Below, piece after piece: positions 15,625 through 17,622 of a DNA stretch of 17,622 bases. The stretch spans positions 1 through 17,622 of the forward strand of contig CAZJUB010000002.1 of assembly GCA_964549075.1 (NCBI GenBank), read 5' to 3'. Origin of the DNA: an uncultured archaeon. GTDB lineage: Archaea; Asgardarchaeota; Heimdallarchaeia; Heimdallarchaeales; Heimdallarchaeaceae. A program made the position numbers and the translations under genes. Below the pieces are notes generated by a model. That model was not told the origin of the DNA. It saw nothing but the letters and a program-made list of their open reading frames with translations, and searched no databases. How positions within the stretch are numbered: position 1 is the first letter of the stretch; each line of letters begins with the position of its first letter.

Positions 15625-16431
15625 ATGGAGAGAATCATGAAAGATATAATCTATGAGATTATTGGCAATATTCTTATTGTGAGGGATATCGTTGAAGAAT
15701 CAAAACTATTAGAGTTCTCTAAAAAAATGATGAAGAAGTACCCAAGCATTCAAACGGTAGTTATCCAAACTTCCAACGTAAGAGGAGTTGAAAGAACAAG
15801 AGAATTTCAATATTATATGGGAAAGAACACATTTGAAACACTGTATAAAGAGTATGGAAATACATTTCTTGTTAATATATCAACATCTTTTTTCTCACCA
15901 AGATTAAGTTATGAGAGAGAAAGAATCGCTAAAATGGTTAAGAAGGGGGAGATTGTTTTAAATTTCTTTTCCGGAGTTGGACCATTCAGCATATCCATTG
16001 CTACAAAATGTAACAATTGTATTATTCATAGTATAGAAATAAATGAAAATGCATATCATTATCTCCTGAAAAATATAGAACTGAACAAATGTAAAGAAAA
16101 GGTCAAAGCGTATCTAGGAGATGCTTTTGATATTGTACCAAAATTATTTTTTAACAAAGTAGATAGAGTATTGCTCCCTCTTCCTCTTGCAGCAGAACAT
16201 GCTCTTCCTCTAGCTTATCACTCTTTGAAACAAGGAAAGGGCATTATTCACTGGCAAATAACAGAAAAAGTTCATGAAAAAGAAATAACGCTTAAAGAAA
16301 TTAAGCAAAGCATACAAGAAATCTTAGAAAAGAACCATATCGATGCTTCGTTTCATGTTGAGACTCTGAAGAAAATAAGATGGGTAGCTCCAAGAATAGC
16401 TCATAAAGCAATTGACCTAGTTTTTAACTAA
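15625..16431 (+). CDS. Trm5/Taw2 (Met-10+) family class I SAM-dependent tRNA-37 modifying enzyme
   Basis: YEIIGNILI, VRGVERTR, TLYKEYGNTF, FFSPRLSYERERI, FSGVGPFSI, IEINENAY, DRVLLPLP. 268 aa, no N-terminal D1 domain. Trm5 versus Taw2 activity not resolvable. Confidence 0.85.
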   Translation: MERIMKDIIYEIIGNILIVRDIVEESKLLEFSKKMMKKYPSIQTVVIQTSNVRGVERTREFQYYMGKNTFETLYKEYGNTFLVNISTSFFSPRLSYERERIAKMVKKGEIVLNFFSGVGPFSISIATKCNNCIIHSIEINENAYHYLLKNIELNKCKEKVKAYLGDAFDIVPKLFFNKVDRVLLPLPLAAEHALPLAYHSLKQGKGIIHWQITEKVHEKEITLKEIKQSIQEILEKNHIDASFHVETLKKIRWVAPRIAHKAIDLVFN

Positions 16432-16848
16432 TTTGAAATTACTTGCATAATCTGCTATTTTTAATAATTGGGAGTATTTTGTTTCTCCTGTTAGCACAAT
16501 CTCCGTTTTCTTATTTTTATCTAAAATTATGTCAATGAATTTTTCTAAACTCAATAAATTATTTTCGATAAGCAAATCAAAGTTAGCTGCTAGTAACATC
16601 GATTTTTCCGAAAATATAATATTCTTTTTTACTGCATCCAAAATAGCTTTATAATGAGACAAATCATAGATAACAACATCTAGGTTATTTAATAGGGTCA
16701 AATTTGAGAGCCAAGAAAATGAGTCATTTATCAGAATAGCTCGAATCTTTAATGATTGTCCTTTAGCTCTTATTATTGCACCTAAACCAGCTCGAAAAGA
16801 AGAATATCTATCTCCATAGTAATAATGAATAAGAAAAGCTTCATTCAT
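16417..16848 (-). CDS. Degenerate CobO/BtuR cob(I)alamin adenosyltransferase-like protein
   Basis: LIHYYYG..AGLGAIIRAKGQSLKI and TEIVLTG..LLKIADYAS match the CobO termini, but the GxGKGKTT P-loop is replaced by GDRYSSFR. Confidence 0.6.
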   Translation of the reverse strand: MNEAFLIHYYYGDRYSSFRAGLGAIIRAKGQSLKIRAILINDSFSWLSNLTLLNNLDVVIYDLSHYKAILDAVKKNIIFSEKSMLLAANFDLLIENNLLSLEKFIDIILDKNKKTEIVLTGETKYSQLLKIADYASNFKLVKN

Positions 16849-16858
16849 GATTATCGAC

Positions 16859-17622
16859 TTATTTAGTAGATTTGGTTTTTAATTTAGCTAGATATCTTTT
16901 ATATCCATCTAAAGTGTCCTCAACCCTTAACATATGTTGTTCAGCTTTGATTCTTAATTCTTGCCATTCTGACTCATCAATTTTCTCTGAATTAAGTGCA
17001 TCCTCTAATTGTTGAATTCTTTCTAATGCTTTTTGCCTTCTCGTCTCAAGATGCTTAATTACGTTCTCAATATCTTCTGTCTGAATCGGAGGTTTTTCAA
17101 CATCCCCCACTTCAGCTTCTATGATTTCTGTTAACTTAGATTTTTTACCAGTTTCAAGATCTTTATCCTTAGAAACATCTGCGATGGTTTTCTTTATAGA
17201 TGAAACAAATTCAGCTGCGTCTTCAATTTCTGTTGGAGTTGATAGAATGTGACTTAGTCTTGAGACTGAAGTTCTGAATTCATGAACCTCAGCTAGTTCT
17301 TCCTCACTTAAACCTTCTTCAACAACAGTTCCTTCGTCTAATGAAGGTATCTCTTCAAGTGCTTCGATTTCATCTTCTTTTCCAATTGTCATTAATTTTT
17401 CAGTAAGTGGAGATATAACAGTATCATCACCAGGATCTAATGCGGATAAAAGATTAGCTAATTGTTTCAAAGCTTCTTGCTCAGATTCTATTTTTTGAAC
17501 AAAAGGTTCTTGTTCAAACTCATATTGAGAAGCAAGTTCAATACCTTCAATTAAATCTTGTGTATCATCTTCTGGAGGTTCTTCTTGAATCTCTTCTGGA
17601 GGTTCTTCTTGAATCTCTTCTG
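16859..17622 (-). CDS. Partial acidic low-complexity protein with C-terminal coiled-coil hairpin (start lies beyond the window)
   Basis: The frame of ORF 16859-17470 is open to the edge: ...EEIQEEPPEEIQEEPPEDDTQDLIEGIELASQYEFEQEPFVQKIESEQEALKQLAN... Confidence 0.85.
   Translation of the reverse strand, partial: EEIQEEPPEEIQEEPPEDDTQDLIEGIELASQYEFEQEPFVQKIESEQEALKQLANLLSALDPGDDTVISPLTEKLMTIGKEDEIEALEEIPSLDEGTVVEEGLSEEELAEVHEFRTSVSRLSHILSTPTEIEDAAEFVSSIKKTIADVSKDKDLETGKKSKLTEIIEAEVGDVEKPPIQTEDIENVIKHLETRRQKALERIQQLEDALNSEKIDESEWQELRIKAEQHMLRVEDTLDGYKRYLAKLKTKSTK
17568..17622. repeat. Perfect 24-bp coding tandem repeat (PEEIQEEP units), at least 2.3 copies
   Basis: TCTTCTGGAGGTTCTTCTTGAATC at 17568-17591 and 17592-17615. 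A third copy is cut by the window edge. Confidence 0.95.

Noticed and set aside
17568-17622. CRISPR array
   Set aside because: Repeats are head-to-tail with no spacers and lie in frame within a CDS.

Overview
AT-rich archaeal chromosomal window (archaeal-type TpiA, aIF2-gamma, RpoE'/Spt4, S24e/S27ae). An Asgard lineage is plausible but cannot be shown from the sequence alone. Left end (1-1441): a decayed accessory patch with a probable pseudogene and an in-frame chimera of a PD-(D/E)xK nuclease-like domain with the 3' part of an IS200/IS605 tnpB, which keeps omegaRNA-like hairpins. Next come tpiA, an RHH-linker-winged-helix protein, a candidate 70-nt structured RNA, and the informational cluster rpoE1-spt4-DUF359-rps24e-rps27ae (minus strand), divergent from eif2g-PIN. 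The most interesting element is a co-directional seven-gene tricarboxylate-metabolism cluster (6702-15608). It encodes an HD hydrolase, an NADP-signature (homo)isocitrate-type dehydrogenase, a divergent LeuC/LeuD pair lacking the catalytic DH histidine, a canonical fused LeuCD, and a two-subunit ATP-citrate-lyase-like enzyme (SCS-beta-like subunit plus an SCS-alpha/citryl-CoA-lyase fusion). Right end: a Trm5/Taw2-family methyltransferase, a degenerate CobO-like gene, and a partial acidic repeat/coiled-coil protein. No rRNA, tRNA or CRISPR array was seen. All calls come from motif recognition by eye, not from database searches.
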